From: Sphingomonadaceae bacterium
GTDB taxonomy: Bacteria; Pseudomonadota; Alphaproteobacteria; Sphingomonadales; Sphingomonadaceae
Assembly (NCBI GenBank): GCA_030147805.1
Contig: JASBUR010000031.1
Coordinates: 99,518-163,517, forward strand
Direction of reading: 5' to 3'
Length of the DNA: 64,000 bases
Shown: positions 63,946-64,000 of the stretch, in pieces
Layout of the letters: each line of letters starts with the position of its first letter
How positions within the stretch are numbered: the stretch's first letter is position 1
Position numbers and translations under genes: made by a program
Notes under the pieces: generated by a model
Told to the model about the DNA's origin: nothing
Database searches by the model: none
What the model saw: the letters and a program-made list of their open reading frames with translations, nothing else

Positions 63946-64000
63946 ATGAGTTCCAGCCCGACCCGCGCCGGCCCGCGCGACCTGACCCAGGGGCCGATCG
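63946..64000 (+). CDS. 5' end of a possible MATE-family efflux transporter gene (continues beyond the window)
   Basis: The ATG at 63946 gives MSSSPTRAGPRDLTQGPI, which resembles the conserved N-terminus of MATE transporters. Only 18 codons are visible. Confidence 0.3.
   Translation, partial: MSSSPTRAGPRDLTQGPI

Overview
This is a high-GC window (roughly two-thirds G+C by eye) with very strong GC3 bias. Gene content looks alphaproteobacterial and sphingomonad-like: ccmFGHI, class I LysRS, a UPF0262/DUF2948 pair around dcd-murA, and a complete sufR-sufBCDS-sufT-sufA operon. That taxonomic placement is an inference. Because stop codons are rare, most ORFs in the six-frame track are Arg/Ala/Gly/Pro-rich shadows of real genes. 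I chose frames by protein-like composition, recognisable motifs, signal peptides or lipoboxes, and ATGA/GTGA start-stop coupling. About 50 genes are supportable, and most are housekeeping. The standout is a ~14.6 kb, five-gene, translationally coupled minus-strand operon at 3949-18525. It encodes a 2385-aa two-partner-secretion (TpsA) exoprotein, a secreted TPR-CHAT caspase-like protease that is apparently frameshifted, a secreted 247-aa protein with no motif I recognise, a CHASE2-sensor class III nucleotide cyclase, and a distal ShlB/FhaC-type TpsB transporter. A PilZ gene, a 419-nt lower-GC leader and a Cys-rich mini-ORF lie just upstream. I read this as a candidate envelope-protease/cyclic-nucleotide signalling module wired to a TPS secretion system. 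As far as I know this arrangement has not been functionally characterised. Other observations: a family of composite MITE/REP-like palindromic elements in at least five intergenic regions; an orphan beta-helix/RTX exoprotein with no T1SS genes; a lipoprotein gene embedded in the suf operon; a single-chain two-lobed retropepsin-like protease; and near-identical 249-nt tandem repeats plus homopolymeric codon tracts inside the TpsA gene. I found no rRNA, tRNA, CRISPR, IS or prophage features. All family assignments come from reading motifs by eye; no HMM or BLAST searches were run.
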